Shown here: one piece after another, positions 1 to 10,800 of the stretch
How positions within the stretch are numbered: the stretch's first letter is position 1
How the letters are laid out: the number at the start of each line of letters is the position of its first letter
Assembly: GCA_031368325.1 (NCBI GenBank)
Contig: JANMNR010000059.1
Location: forward strand, 761-64,760
From: Pirellula sp.
Lineage (GTDB): Bacteria; Planctomycetota; Planctomycetia; Pirellulales; Pirellulaceae
Length of the DNA stretch: 64,000 nucleotides
Reading direction: 5' to 3'
Notes under the pieces: generated by a model
What the model saw: only the letters and a program-made list of their open reading frames with translations
Told to the model about the DNA's origin: nothing
The model's database searches: none
Position numbers and translations under genes: made by a program

Positions 1-510
1 TACAAGCGTTTTCGAGATGCCGCATGTTTGTTGGACGAACAGAGTCGACGATGGCAGCTCCGTTACTCAAGGCTCGCCAGCGATTTGCCACCGCGACGGC
101 TCGATTCGGATGAATTACCGATCGCCAAAGTGGAAGTGTGGGATTTGGTAAGCGCCTTCGGCCGGATTCTAAAAGCGAGGCAAAAGGCTCCTCAACACAG
201 CATCCAATTCGACGATACGCCAATTCACGTCTACATGCACCGGATTCATGAACGTGTCCAAAAGTTGAATCGGGTCGAGTTGCAGGACTTGTTCGAAATT
301 GGTATGCACAAAAGCGCGCTGGTCGCGATGTTCTTGGCGACACTGGAGATGACTCGGCACCATGGACTCTATGCCGTTCAGGAGTCAGCAGATGGACCGC
401 TCTATTTGCAACCGGGTCCGGACTTCACGGCGGAGTTGAAAGTCGCGCAAGTCGAAAACTTGCGCGTGGGCGATGTTTCGAATTCAAATATGCCTGTCAT
501 GCCGCGATAG
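1..510 (+). CDS. scpA: Segregation/condensation protein A (kleisin), C-terminal part; 5' end lies upstream of the window
   Basis: Frame +1 is open from base 1 (YKRFRDAACLLDEQ...). It contains the ScpA-like segments 'VEVWDLVSAFGRILK' and 'LVAMFLATLEM' (winged-helix C-terminus). Confidence 0.85.
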   Translation, partial: YKRFRDAACLLDEQSRRWQLRYSRLASDLPPRRLDSDELPIAKVEVWDLVSAFGRILKARQKAPQHSIQFDDTPIHVYMHRIHERVQKLNRVELQDLFEIGMHKSALVAMFLATLEMTRHHGLYAVQESADGPLYLQPGPDFTAELKVAQVENLRVGDVSNSNMPVMPR

Positions 511-816
511 ACAATCACTTTTGAACGGCAAGTTATCGGACCGAAACAGTGTTTAGTTGCTGATGATGGTTAGGGGATAACGGCGAGTGACACATGGCCA
601 AATTCAATCCCTCGTTGCCGTATTCGACGTGTCCTGGGGCAATGGACCGTCTTTTGCGTACCATGCAATATCAATCCAATCGGCATGCAGGCAACCCAAA
701 TCTTACGGCAAATACTCCTGCCAGCCGTATGACTTACAATAGAAATCCCTGGATGAGGAACTTTTTGGCTTCAGTTCACTATTAATCGCCTTGGCCAACC
801 TAACGAAAGTGACGGC

Positions 817-3800
817 ATGTCCGATTCTGAAGACCCTTTTAAAACGGTGCCGGCGGGGATTTCATGGATTGGTGATTACCAATTGCTGGGTGAAATCGGA
901 CGTGGCGGTATGGGGATTGTGTACATGGCCCAGCATCGGGATAGTTCGTCCCCCGTTGCCTTAAAGACGCTTGCAAGGTTTGAGCAGCATACCTTGCATC
1001 AATTCAAAAAAGAGTTTCACGTCTTGGCGGATTTGGCTCACACCAACTTAATTCGTTTGGGTGAGCTTGTCGCGACAGAGAATGAGCCTTTCTTTACGAT
1101 GGAGCTCATTCAGGGGGTGAGTTTCAATGAGTATGTTAGCAATACATTTGGCTCATCGACGGAGCTGCAAGGGAGCGATATCGTCAGTTTTTGTTTTGAT
1201 GAAGGGCGGTTGCGTCACGCGTTGCTGCAATCCATTGACGGCTTAAATGCTCTTCATCGCGCAGGAGGACTTCATCGCGACTTGAAACCGAGCAATGTGA
1301 TGGTGACGTTGGAGGGGCGAGTGGTCATCGTTGATTTCGGCTTGGCCGTCGAAACAGATCGCGGTGAGTACAACAATTCGCTCCAGGAGTTTGCGGGTAC
1401 GCCTATCTTCATGGCACCGGAACAAGCTGCCCGAAAACCCATCACGGCAGCTGCGGACTGGTATAGTTTGGGAGTCATGCTCTTTCATGCATTGACGGAT
1501 GCGTTTCCATTTGATTCCAGCTCGTACGAAAAACTGCAATCGCAAAAGCTGCTCGGCCCAAAGCACTCACCGCAGTCGATTGTTCCTGGGATTCCCGACG
1601 ATCTCAATGCACTGTGCATGGACTTGCTCAATCCGGACCCGGATCTTAGACCATCGGGCCAAGAAATCGCAAAGCGAATGAGCACAGCCGCAATACCGGT
1701 ACAAACCCCCTCGGTTTGGATCGGACGAGAGAGTCAGTTGTGCCAGCTCCATAACGAATGGGAAGCGACACGATCGGGATCGGGCCGGGTCGTATTCGTT
1801 ACAGGCAAAAGCGGGATGGGCAAATCCGCGTTAGTGAATCGCTTTCTAAGACTATTGATCGAGTCCAAACAGAATCCCGTCATTCTGCGAGGCCGTTGCT
1901 ATGAAAACGAAACGGTCACCTATCGAGGATTTGATAGTTTGGTGGATGCGTTGGTTCAATACCTACGCCACCTAACTTCCGACCGGGTCCAGCGTCTGCT
2001 CCCAATCGAATTGGATGCACTGTGTCAAATATTTCCGGTCCTGAATAATGTGCCCGCGATTGGGTCGAGTCGTTCGAGGCAACGCGTGTACTCTGATCCG
2101 CTCGAAGTTCGCCGACGCGGGGTAATGGGACTTCGCGAGTTACTGACTCGGCTGGCCCACTGGGAGCCCGTGGTACTGTTCATCGATGACTTACAATGGG
2201 GCGACGAGGATACTGCGATGATGTTTTGTCAGTTGACTCAAGCAGAATCGCTTCCATCCGCACTCATCATTGGCACCTTTCGTTCTGAGGACATAGAAGA
2301 CAATCGTTGTTTAAGTCTGATTCGTCGGGCGCCCGTTCCTCGCCCAGAGCACATTGCACTTGCCGAACAGCTGGAGCTCGTCGTGGATCGACTCAGCTTC
2401 GACGAAGCCGCTCAATTGGCATCCGAACTACTGGAGGGAAGCAACGCATCTAGCGAGTCTCTCATTGAACGCATCGTAAAAGAAACAGAGGGAGATCCGT
2501 ATTTCATTCGAGCGTTTGCAAGTTCCTTTATCGCTCAGGCAACAGATCCCGCATTCGCGTCTACCTCGACTTCAGTCAAAACACTGAAGGACGTCATTTG
2601 GGAAGAGGTAAGCAATTTACCTCAGGACTCACGAAGGGCGATTGAGCTCATTGCGGTGGCCGGGCGTCCCGTCGCTTGGGCTGCAATCCAGCAATTGGCC
2701 GGCTTCGAGCAAGACCCGACAACCGCTCTTCAGTCGATGCGCATCAAGCGAATAGTTCGTCAACTGAGCGATCGTGGCAACATCGAAACGTATCACGACA
2801 AAGTTCGCGAAACCGTTGCCGCTCGCTTGAGCACGTCGCAAATCAGCGATTGCTGTTCGCGGCTCGCGGGTTTTTTTGAGTTGAACCCCAGCAAAAGTGA
2901 GCCGGAGTTTTTGGGCGATCTTTATCGCAAATCGGACCAGTTGGCGAAAGCAGGCAAGGCTTATATCCAGGCAGGAAAGCGAGCGATGGAGACATTGGCT
3001 TTTTTCCGGGCGGCCAATCTATTTGCACTCGCAATCGAGATGCTGAATCCCAGTGGCAGGGAAGAATGTGAGCTAAGAGTCTTGTATGGAAGTGCGTTGG
3101 CGAATGCGTCTCGCAGCGCCGAGTCGGCATCTCAGTTCTTGCGAGCAGCTGAGTTAGCTTCTGAGTCAGATCGGCCCGATTGGCTTCAGCAAGCCGCGTT
3201 GCGATATCTGGTCAGCGGTCACGTCGACGCTGGCGTGAAAGCTTTGACGCGAGCGTTGGAGTCCGTCCATTTGACATGGCCTCGGACAACGCTTCGAGCG
3301 TTGATTGGCTTGATTGTTCGAGAAGCTCGCCTGCAAATTCGCGGTCTGCATTCCAACGCGGCTGAGGCAGTGGCTGAGAAACCGAATCCTAAACAATATG
3401 CTGCACCTGAGACGCCTGAGGATACACAAACGTCGCTCGGCCCATTTGGGCAACGGCTTACCCCGTTCCAACAACGCCGAATCAAGATCTGTTGGTCGGC
3501 AGCAGCTGGACTGAGTGTTGTGGATCCGATTCGTGGCTCGTACTTTATGACAGAACACTTGAGGCTCGCATTAGATTCGAAGGTTCCGCGTTATATGCTT
3601 CGCGGACTAGTGGCCTATGCCGGCCATGTTGCCATCGGTGGAAATAAAAGCCGTCGAGCCGTTCGACGCGTTCTCGTCGAAGCTCGCGAGGTCGCACGCA
3701 GGGAAAGCCATCCGTACTTTCGGGGCTCGCTTCTCAACGCCCGTGGCATTGCCGCCCTGTTGCGAGGTGAGTGGTCCCTGTGTCAACGTTGTTGTGATCG

Positions 3801-4635
3801 AGCGTTAAAGTTTTTGCATGACGAACGCTGCCGCGATGTTGCGTGGGAAATCAATACAGCAAGAACCTTTGCGTTGTGGGCAATACAGTATCAAGGCAAT
3901 CTTGCAGAGCTATCGCGGCGGCAACCCGAGTTGCTGCGCATCGCGAGAGAGAACAACGACTTGTACGCTTCGCTGAACTTCGGGACACAAGTCATGACCC
4001 ACCTGCAGCTTGCAATCGGCGAGCCCGACGAAGCTCGAGCGAGATTGAAAGAGGATCATGCCCGACTTTCGGATAAAGGTTTCTTTGTCCAGCATCACAA
4101 CCATCTTCTTGCAAACGCGTTCATCGAATTGTACGAGGGGAAAGGTGTTGAAGCACTGGCAGGCCTGACAGGGCAATGGCGAAACTACCAACGCTCCTTT
4201 CTGTCCAGAGTCCAGCAGATTCGAATCGATTACCTCCAAGTGCACTGCCGTGCGGCTTTGGCCGCAGCCCAAGTCGATCGCTCGAAACCTGAGTACTTGA
4301 AGATTGCCAGTCGTTATGTTTCCAAACTTCGAAGCGAGAAGATTGGATATGCAGTAGCTCTAGCGGAAGCGTACCACGCAAGCTGGCTTCATCAAAGCGG
4401 CGAATCCACGGCAGCTCGGATGCAACTCGAAAAGGCCATCGTCCTTTTGACGAAGGTCAGGATGCAATTGTTTTCGACGGCTTGTCAGCACATCTTATTG
4501 GAAACGTCCGGTCAGAGTTCGACGAGGAAAGGATGCGAAGTTCAGTACCGGTGGGAGTTGCTCGGCGTCTTGAAAAAGCATGAGCAAATGGCAAACGCAC
4601 TGCTCCCAGGTTTTGGAAGTGGACGGGTGCGTTAA
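817..4635 (+). CDS. Ser/Thr protein kinase fused to a STAND/AAA_16-type ATPase and a helical TPR-like C-terminus
   Basis: Hanks motifs GRGGMGIVY, VALK, HRDLKPSN, DFG, APE. Walker A GKSGMGKS (1804-1827) and Walker B VLFIDDLQW. Ala/Leu-rich helical C-terminal half; no transmembrane segment seen. Confidence 0.9.
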   Translation: MSDSEDPFKTVPAGISWIGDYQLLGEIGRGGMGIVYMAQHRDSSSPVALKTLARFEQHTLHQFKKEFHVLADLAHTNLIRLGELVATENEPFFTMELIQGVSFNEYVSNTFGSSTELQGSDIVSFCFDEGRLRHALLQSIDGLNALHRAGGLHRDLKPSNVMVTLEGRVVIVDFGLAVETDRGEYNNSLQEFAGTPIFMAPEQAARKPITAAADWYSLGVMLFHALTDAFPFDSSSYEKLQSQKLLGPKHSPQSIVPGIPDDLNALCMDLLNPDPDLRPSGQEIAKRMSTAAIPVQTPSVWIGRESQLCQLHNEWEATRSGSGRVVFVTGKSGMGKSALVNRFLRLLIESKQNPVILRGRCYENETVTYRGFDSLVDALVQYLRHLTSDRVQRLLPIELDALCQIFPVLNNVPAIGSSRSRQRVYSDPLEVRRRGVMGLRELLTRLAHWEPVVLFIDDLQWGDEDTAMMFCQLTQAESLPSALIIGTFRSEDIEDNRCLSLIRRAPVPRPEHIALAEQLELVVDRLSFDEAAQLASELLEGSNASSESLIERIVKETEGDPYFIRAFASSFIAQATDPAFASTSTSVKTLKDVIWEEVSNLPQDSRRAIELIAVAGRPVAWAAIQQLAGFEQDPTTALQSMRIKRIVRQLSDRGNIETYHDKVRETVAARLSTSQISDCCSRLAGFFELNPSKSEPEFLGDLYRKSDQLAKAGKAYIQAGKRAMETLAFFRAANLFALAIEMLNPSGREECELRVLYGSALANASRSAESASQFLRAAELASESDRPDWLQQAALRYLVSGHVDAGVKALTRALESVHLTWPRTTLRALIGLIVREARLQIRGLHSNAAEAVAEKPNPKQYAAPETPEDTQTSLGPFGQRLTPFQQRRIKICWSAAAGLSVVDPIRGSYFMTEHLRLALDSKVPRYMLRGLVAYAGHVAIGGNKSRRAVRRVLVEAREVARRESHPYFRGSLLNARGIAALLRGEWSLCQRCCDRALKFLHDERCRDVAWEINTARTFALWAIQYQGNLAELSRRQPELLRIARENNDLYASLNFGTQVMTHLQLAIGEPDEARARLKEDHARLSDKGFFVQHHNHLLANAFIELYEGKGVEALAGLTGQWRNYQRSFLSRVQQIRIDYLQVHCRAALAAAQVDRSKPEYLKIASRYVSKLRSEKIGYAVALAEAYHASWLHQSGESTAARMQLEKAIVLLTKVRMQLFSTACQHILLETSGQSSTRKGCEVQYRWELLGVLKKHEQMANALLPGFGSGRVR

Positions 4636-4808
4636 CCGGTTTTAACCCCTCGGAGGAAGTATGCCGAAGCGTAGATTAAAAAAACTTTAACCGAAACGAG
4701 TTTTTTCGAAAAATTTCTGTCGCGCTTTGGAGTCTTTCGTCAGTAGTGTTTGCACGGTAAAGGCCTGAATCGCCTCAAATAAGTATTCCTGCCTCAATTC
4801 CTCCCACT

Positions 4809-7800
4809 TTGTACCTTCCTTTTGAGCTATCTCGGCGCGAGCTGATTTGCTCATGCTCTTCTCCAAAGAGCGCCTGTGCACCGGAGTCCATCATGTTTCG
4901 CCAACTTCGTCGAATTCTTCTTAAAGCCATAAAGCACCCTCTCGCAAAGGTGGTAAACCAAGACCTCGAAAAGGGTCGAATCATTGGGGGCGAAGTGAAC
5001 TCGCGTTGGAAGCGAATGAGTGCTCAAGTCTCGTCACCTTTCAAGATTCAAAATAGAGCCAAGTTCCGGCGAACATTGATCGATCAGTTTATTCGATCGC
5101 GTCGACCATTAAAGCCGGTCTTTGAGCAGCTTGAAACGCGAGTTCTCCTAGCAACCAACATTGGTGCTGTTCGACCCGACACAGGGATTGCTAACGACTT
5201 GCTCTCGCATTATCTCGACACGCAACCTCTTTCCAGTGGCGATGCCAATCCTGAGATCACGTTTCACTATGGCTTCAGTGCGACGTCGAATAACGGTGTT
5301 GGTCTTCAAGGGTTCAATGACTACGCGCTGGCTGGTGATCTGAGTGGTTTGGGCTTCGACCAGTCGATTGTCGTTCGACCATTTGCGGGCGCATTGCAGT
5401 GGCTTGGCGATACCGATCGCGATACGACGCAAGAGTATCATTTCCGATTTGGACTGGCTGACATGACGCCATTGATCGCTGACATGAACGGCGACGGTAT
5501 TGATGATGTGGTCGCGGTGGATACGACGACCGCTTCAAACTTGCTGGAGTGGTTTGTGCACTATGGAGTTCCAGGCAGCAGTCCATTCCCGACGGATGAT
5601 TCGACACTCAGCGTCGATGCCACGTTTAGCTTTGGGGTTGATGCGGATCATGGCGCTGCCGTTGGCGGTCTCGCCGACGTTCCTCGCGTTGGCGATATCA
5701 ATGGCGACGGCCGCGCCGATGTGCTGGCCGTGCGCCGAGGCGCCTCGACCAAGGACTGGTTTATCAGTCATGCGCCGGTAAGTTATCCCAACAACACTGC
5801 AACGACACTTGGAATAAGTCAAACGATTTCTGGATATGGGGCCAACGCCGCGGTGCCTGTCGTCGGCGACTGGGACAACGACGGCGATGACAATATAGGA
5901 GCCATCGACGAGGGCTCGCCAAGCACATGGAATCTCGACACCAACGGTGGAGGCGCGGCTGAAATCACCAAGCAGTTTGGACTGAATGGCGACCAGTACA
6001 TCGTCGGCCGTTGGGCCGATGTGCTGTGGGACGGAAGTTCGGATTCCAATTGGTCAACTGCTGCAAACTGGAGTGGAGACAGTGTTCCCAGCGCTGGTCA
6101 AAATGTCGTTATCGATCAACCGGTTTCAGCAGTCACCATCACATCGAGCGGAACTGCCAACGCGGGGACAGTGACATCGACCGAGAACCTTTCGATCACG
6201 GGTGGTACGTTTGATATCGCTGGCAGCATTGAAGCCCCAGTATTTTCTGTCAACGGAGGAAACCTAATCGTCAACGGCACGCTGACGTCGCCGACTTTGT
6301 CGTTGAACACGGGAACATTGACATGGACTGCCGCGGGGCAGGTCACTGACTTAACGATCGACGTTGGAACTGGCACAGTAAGAAACATTGGTGGAGGGTA
6401 CATCAAGGGGTTCCGCTACAACGTCGCCACATCATTGACCGTTGATTTCGATGCTGACATCATTCTCAGCGGTGACATCAGTGGTGCTGGGCAGTTGATC
6501 AAAAACGGAACCGGCCGCCTGCAGCTCACCAACAATAATCCCTATACTGGCTTGACCACGATTAATGCCGGCGAAATCTATCTTACGAATAACGGACTGT
6601 TAGGATCAACCGCAGCTGGAACCGTAATCAACGGCGGAGCCGCATTACGATTGGCTGCTGGCAAAACGAACGCGGATCCACTGATTATGCAGGGAGTCAA
6701 TCCGACGCTGGTCACTGATTCGGGCAGTGCAGCAACTCAGTCCGGGAGTATCTCGCTCAATACAATCAATTCAGCAAGCTTCACAACAGACGCGAGTGGG
6801 AGTCTTTTTGTCAGCAGCGTGATCAGCGGCACCGGCGGGCTCACTAAGCAGGGCACAGGAACGCTGACGCTGTCCGGCGCAAACACCTACCCGGGAAACA
6901 CAGCAATAGTCGCAGGCACGCTGGTAATTGGAACCAACAATGCAATCAACCCGATCACCAGTGTTGAGCTTGGCAGTTCGACAACGAATGGCACGCTCGA
7001 TCTCGCGGGACGAACGCAAACCCTGACGGGTCTAACCGTCGCGGCGGGTGCTGTGGCAGCCAATCAGATCGTTGGTAGTAGCAGTACGACCAGCAATTCT
7101 GTTTTGAACTATAACGGTGTCGGACTGGGGACATTTTCCGGGACAATTCAAAACACGGTTGGCTCCGGAAATCGACTTGTTTCGCTGAATGTTAACAGCG
7201 GTAATCTGTCGCTGACGGGTACAAGTTCGTTCAGCGGCGGAACGTCGATCGCGACGGGTGCGGTTGCCAGGATGTTCACCGGATCTGCATTGGGCAGTGG
7301 TACGATCACGGTCGCGGCGGGTGGATTCGTGGGATTGAACAGTGGCATCACGGTATCCAACGCGGTGGTGCTGCTCGGGGCCAGTGGCACAGGTGCGTTG
7401 GCGAATACGACGGGCACGAATACGCTGACCGGTCAGCTGACGTTGAGCGGCAACAGTGGAATTCTGGTTAACCCGGCCACGACGCTGACGGTGACAGGAA
7501 ATATCAATCTGTCCTCCAACGAACTCGCCGTAACGTCGAATGGCACAGCGGTTATAGCGGGTACGATTTCCGGCAGCGGCTTACTCCAGAAGTCCGGGAG
7601 TGGCACGCTTACGTTGACGGGTGCAAACACCTATTCCGGCACGACCACCATCAATGCGGGTACTCTATTGGTGGGAGGATCCAATGCGATGCCGTCGACC
7701 TCGGCCCTCATCGTTGGTAGCGGTGGAACATTTGACGGGAATGCATCGGGCGGATTCGGCAGTAATATTGGTTCACTAGCTGGCTCTGGCACCGTCTTGT

Positions 7801-10800
7801 TGGGCAATGCGCCTCTATCGATGGGTTGGGACAACACGTCAACTACGTTTAGCGGTTCGATTAGCCGAAGCGGTCAATTGATCAAGGAGGGGAGTGGTGT
7901 CTTCACGTTGAGTGGCACGCTCCTTAACCCTGGAAACATGACAATCAATAGCGGTACGGTTCGGCTAGGGGCGGCCGAGCGGATAGCCGATGACCGCTTC
8001 GTCGCGATAGGGAATAGCGGGGCCACGCTCGATTTGAATGGATTCAATGAAACCATTGGCGGCATGAGCGGAGGATCGGGATCATTGGTTACCTTGGGTA
8101 GCGGAACCCTTTCTACGGGCGGATTGAACCTTTCGAATAGCTTTTTCGGCGAGATAAGCGGGTCTGGCGGATTTACCAAAACCGGCACCGGTACATTTAC
8201 GTTGGAGCGAACCAATACCTTCTCCGGAACGACAACCATCAGCGGCGGAACGCTGCAAGTCGGTAGCGGCGGGACAACGGGATCGTTAGGCACCGGCGCA
8301 GTGGTAAATGATGCTACACTTGTATACGATCTAAGCAGCAGTATTCATGTCACGAACGCCATCAGCGGTACCGGCACTTTGCACTTGATGAGCGGCGCAG
8401 GAGTGACCCAATCTACAAGCATCGCGGTCGCAAGTCTGGCGGTCGAGGCGGCCGGCACGATCAATCTGTCGAGCAGTAACGACGTCGATATAGTGGCCCT
8501 CCGCACTACCGTCGGCAACATCAGTTTCGAAGATGTGGACGGATTCGCCGTTCGTTCGGTCAATGGAGTGGCGGGCGTAAGCAGCTCGAATGGCAGTCCC
8601 AGTCTAGTAGCCTTTGCCGGCGATATCTCGGTGGACAATACATCCGCCGCCAACGACTTGGAGGGTGGCGTTGGTTTCAACATGAACATCACGTTGTTCG
8701 GAGCGGGAGCGAAATTCACTGTCGCTAGCGCAGCGAATGTCAGCGGCGCTGGTGCACAGATCACGGCCGACCGCATGGACTTCGTTGGCACGCTGGCGGC
8801 GACCGGAACGGTAACCTTGCAACCAAACGTTGCCGGGCAGCTTGTTAATCTAGGTTCGATCGGGGATGCAACCGCTAACACTCTTGAGTTGTCCGATGCG
8901 GAACTGGACCGGATCTCGGCGAGCGTCGTTCGGATTGGCCGCAGTAATTCGGGAGCGATTGCGATCAGCCAAGCGATTAGTCCCTCCGGCACGCTGCACT
9001 TGATCAGCGGCGCAGGAGTTTCGCAATCTGCGGGTATCACGGTAACGAATCTTGCGGTCGTGGCGGCCGGCAACATCGCGCTGAACATGCCAGTCAATGA
9101 CGTCAATCTTTTAGCTGCGTCGAGTAGTGGTGGATTTATAAATTTTGCAGATGCAGATGATCTGACCGTAGATACGGTGAATGGTATTTCTGGGATCAGT
9201 ACTACCGCAGGCATCGTGAATCTCTCTAGCCGCGGTGATTTGACAATCAACAACACTTCAGCGATGAACGACGTTTCCTCGAGCGGAGCTTCAGGATTTA
9301 CCTATTCGGTTAATATGACCGTCGACGCTGCCAGTGGGAAACTGACGATTGCCAACGGTGCCAATGTCCAATCGACTGGCGGGTCGCACTCTTATCGAGC
9401 CAACAAGATGAATTTGGCAGGTACGATTGGTGCGGCTGGGCAGACGGTCGAACTGGCTCCATTGCAGAACAATCAAGCCGTAAACCTCGGTTCAACTACT
9501 GATATTTTGTTTAATACGCTGGAACTGTCCGACGCGGAACTCGATCGAATCACGGCTGACGTTCTGATAGTGGGCCTAGGTAGTGCTACAGGGGGAATCA
9601 CGATCAGCCAATCGATCAGCCGCCCGGCAGCAACCAATCTGACGCTAACGACTGGTGGCGCAAGCAGCATTGTCTTTGGCGCAGCGGGATCGTTGAATAC
9701 AAACGGTGGCGACGTGACATTGACCACGGCGACTGGAGCTGGGAGTGGGGGTGTCGATGGGAACAGCGGCACGACGAATATTACTGCCAACGCACTCGCC
9801 ATAACATCGGGCGCGGGCGGGGTCGGTGGTACGGGGGCTTACTTGACTACCGCAGTCAGTTCGGTGACGGCGTCTGCTTCTAACGCGGCGATCCGATTGG
9901 CGGAATCCGATAGCGTTACGATCGTAGCTCCCGGGCTGAGTGGCAGCTTGATCCAATTGGAGTCAGGCACGTTTCTGTCTGGTGCCAACAATTTGATCCC
10001 CGACACGGCAGATGTCGATGTACGTTTCGCAGCGGGTCTGAATCTGAACAACTTTTCAGAACAGATTACGGGTCTGCTGGTGTACGGAGGGCCGAGTAGC
10101 GGAGCTTTGGTAGCTACAGGGACCGGCTCACTCACTTTGGGAGCAAACGGCATCAGTTACGGCTTCGGCTCGAATGGTGAAGTTGGTGCAACGATTAGTG
10201 GCAACCTCAACTTGGGTGGCAGCACGCGCGAGATCAACGTGCCAGATGGGCTAGCTGCGAACGATCTGACAATCTCAGCCACGATTGGCAATGGTGGTTT
10301 GCTTAAGACTGGCGCCGGAACGGTGACCCTAAGCGGGGCCAATACCTACAGCGGCAGCACTGGCATCAACGCCGGCACGCTGCGGGCTGGGGCCGCCAAC
10401 ACCTTTTCTGCCAACTCCGCAGTCACATTGGCCGACGTTGCCGGGGCTACGCTCGACCTGAACAACTTCAGCAATACGATCTTCTCGCTGGCTGGCGGCG
10501 GCACCGCCGGCGGTAACGTCACGCTCGGCAGCGGCACGCTGACCACCGGTGGCTCTAGCGCGGTCACCTCCTTCGCGGGCGTCATCAGCGGCACTGGCGG
10601 CCTCACCGTGGCGGGCCTCGACAATTCTTACCTCACCCTCATCGGCAACAACACCTACAACGGCACGACCACGATCAATAGCGGTCAGACCTACCTCCAG
10701 GCCGGCACCGGCGGCACGACGGGAAGCATCGGCACTGGCCCAGTGGTGGTGGGGAACGACGCGGGTTTGTTCATCAATCGTAGCGACTCGATCAACTTTG

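Noticed and set aside
594-785. 63-aa ORF between scpA and the kinase
   Set aside because: No recognisable motif, signal or RBS; cannot be supported.
1-816. scpA not followed by scpB
   Set aside because: Separation of scpA and scpB is not unusual, and the upstream context is outside the window.
4679-4706. aaaaaact...agtttttt inverted repeat upstream of the giant gene
   Set aside because: The stem is almost entirely A/T with no GC core; too weak to call a terminator or operator.
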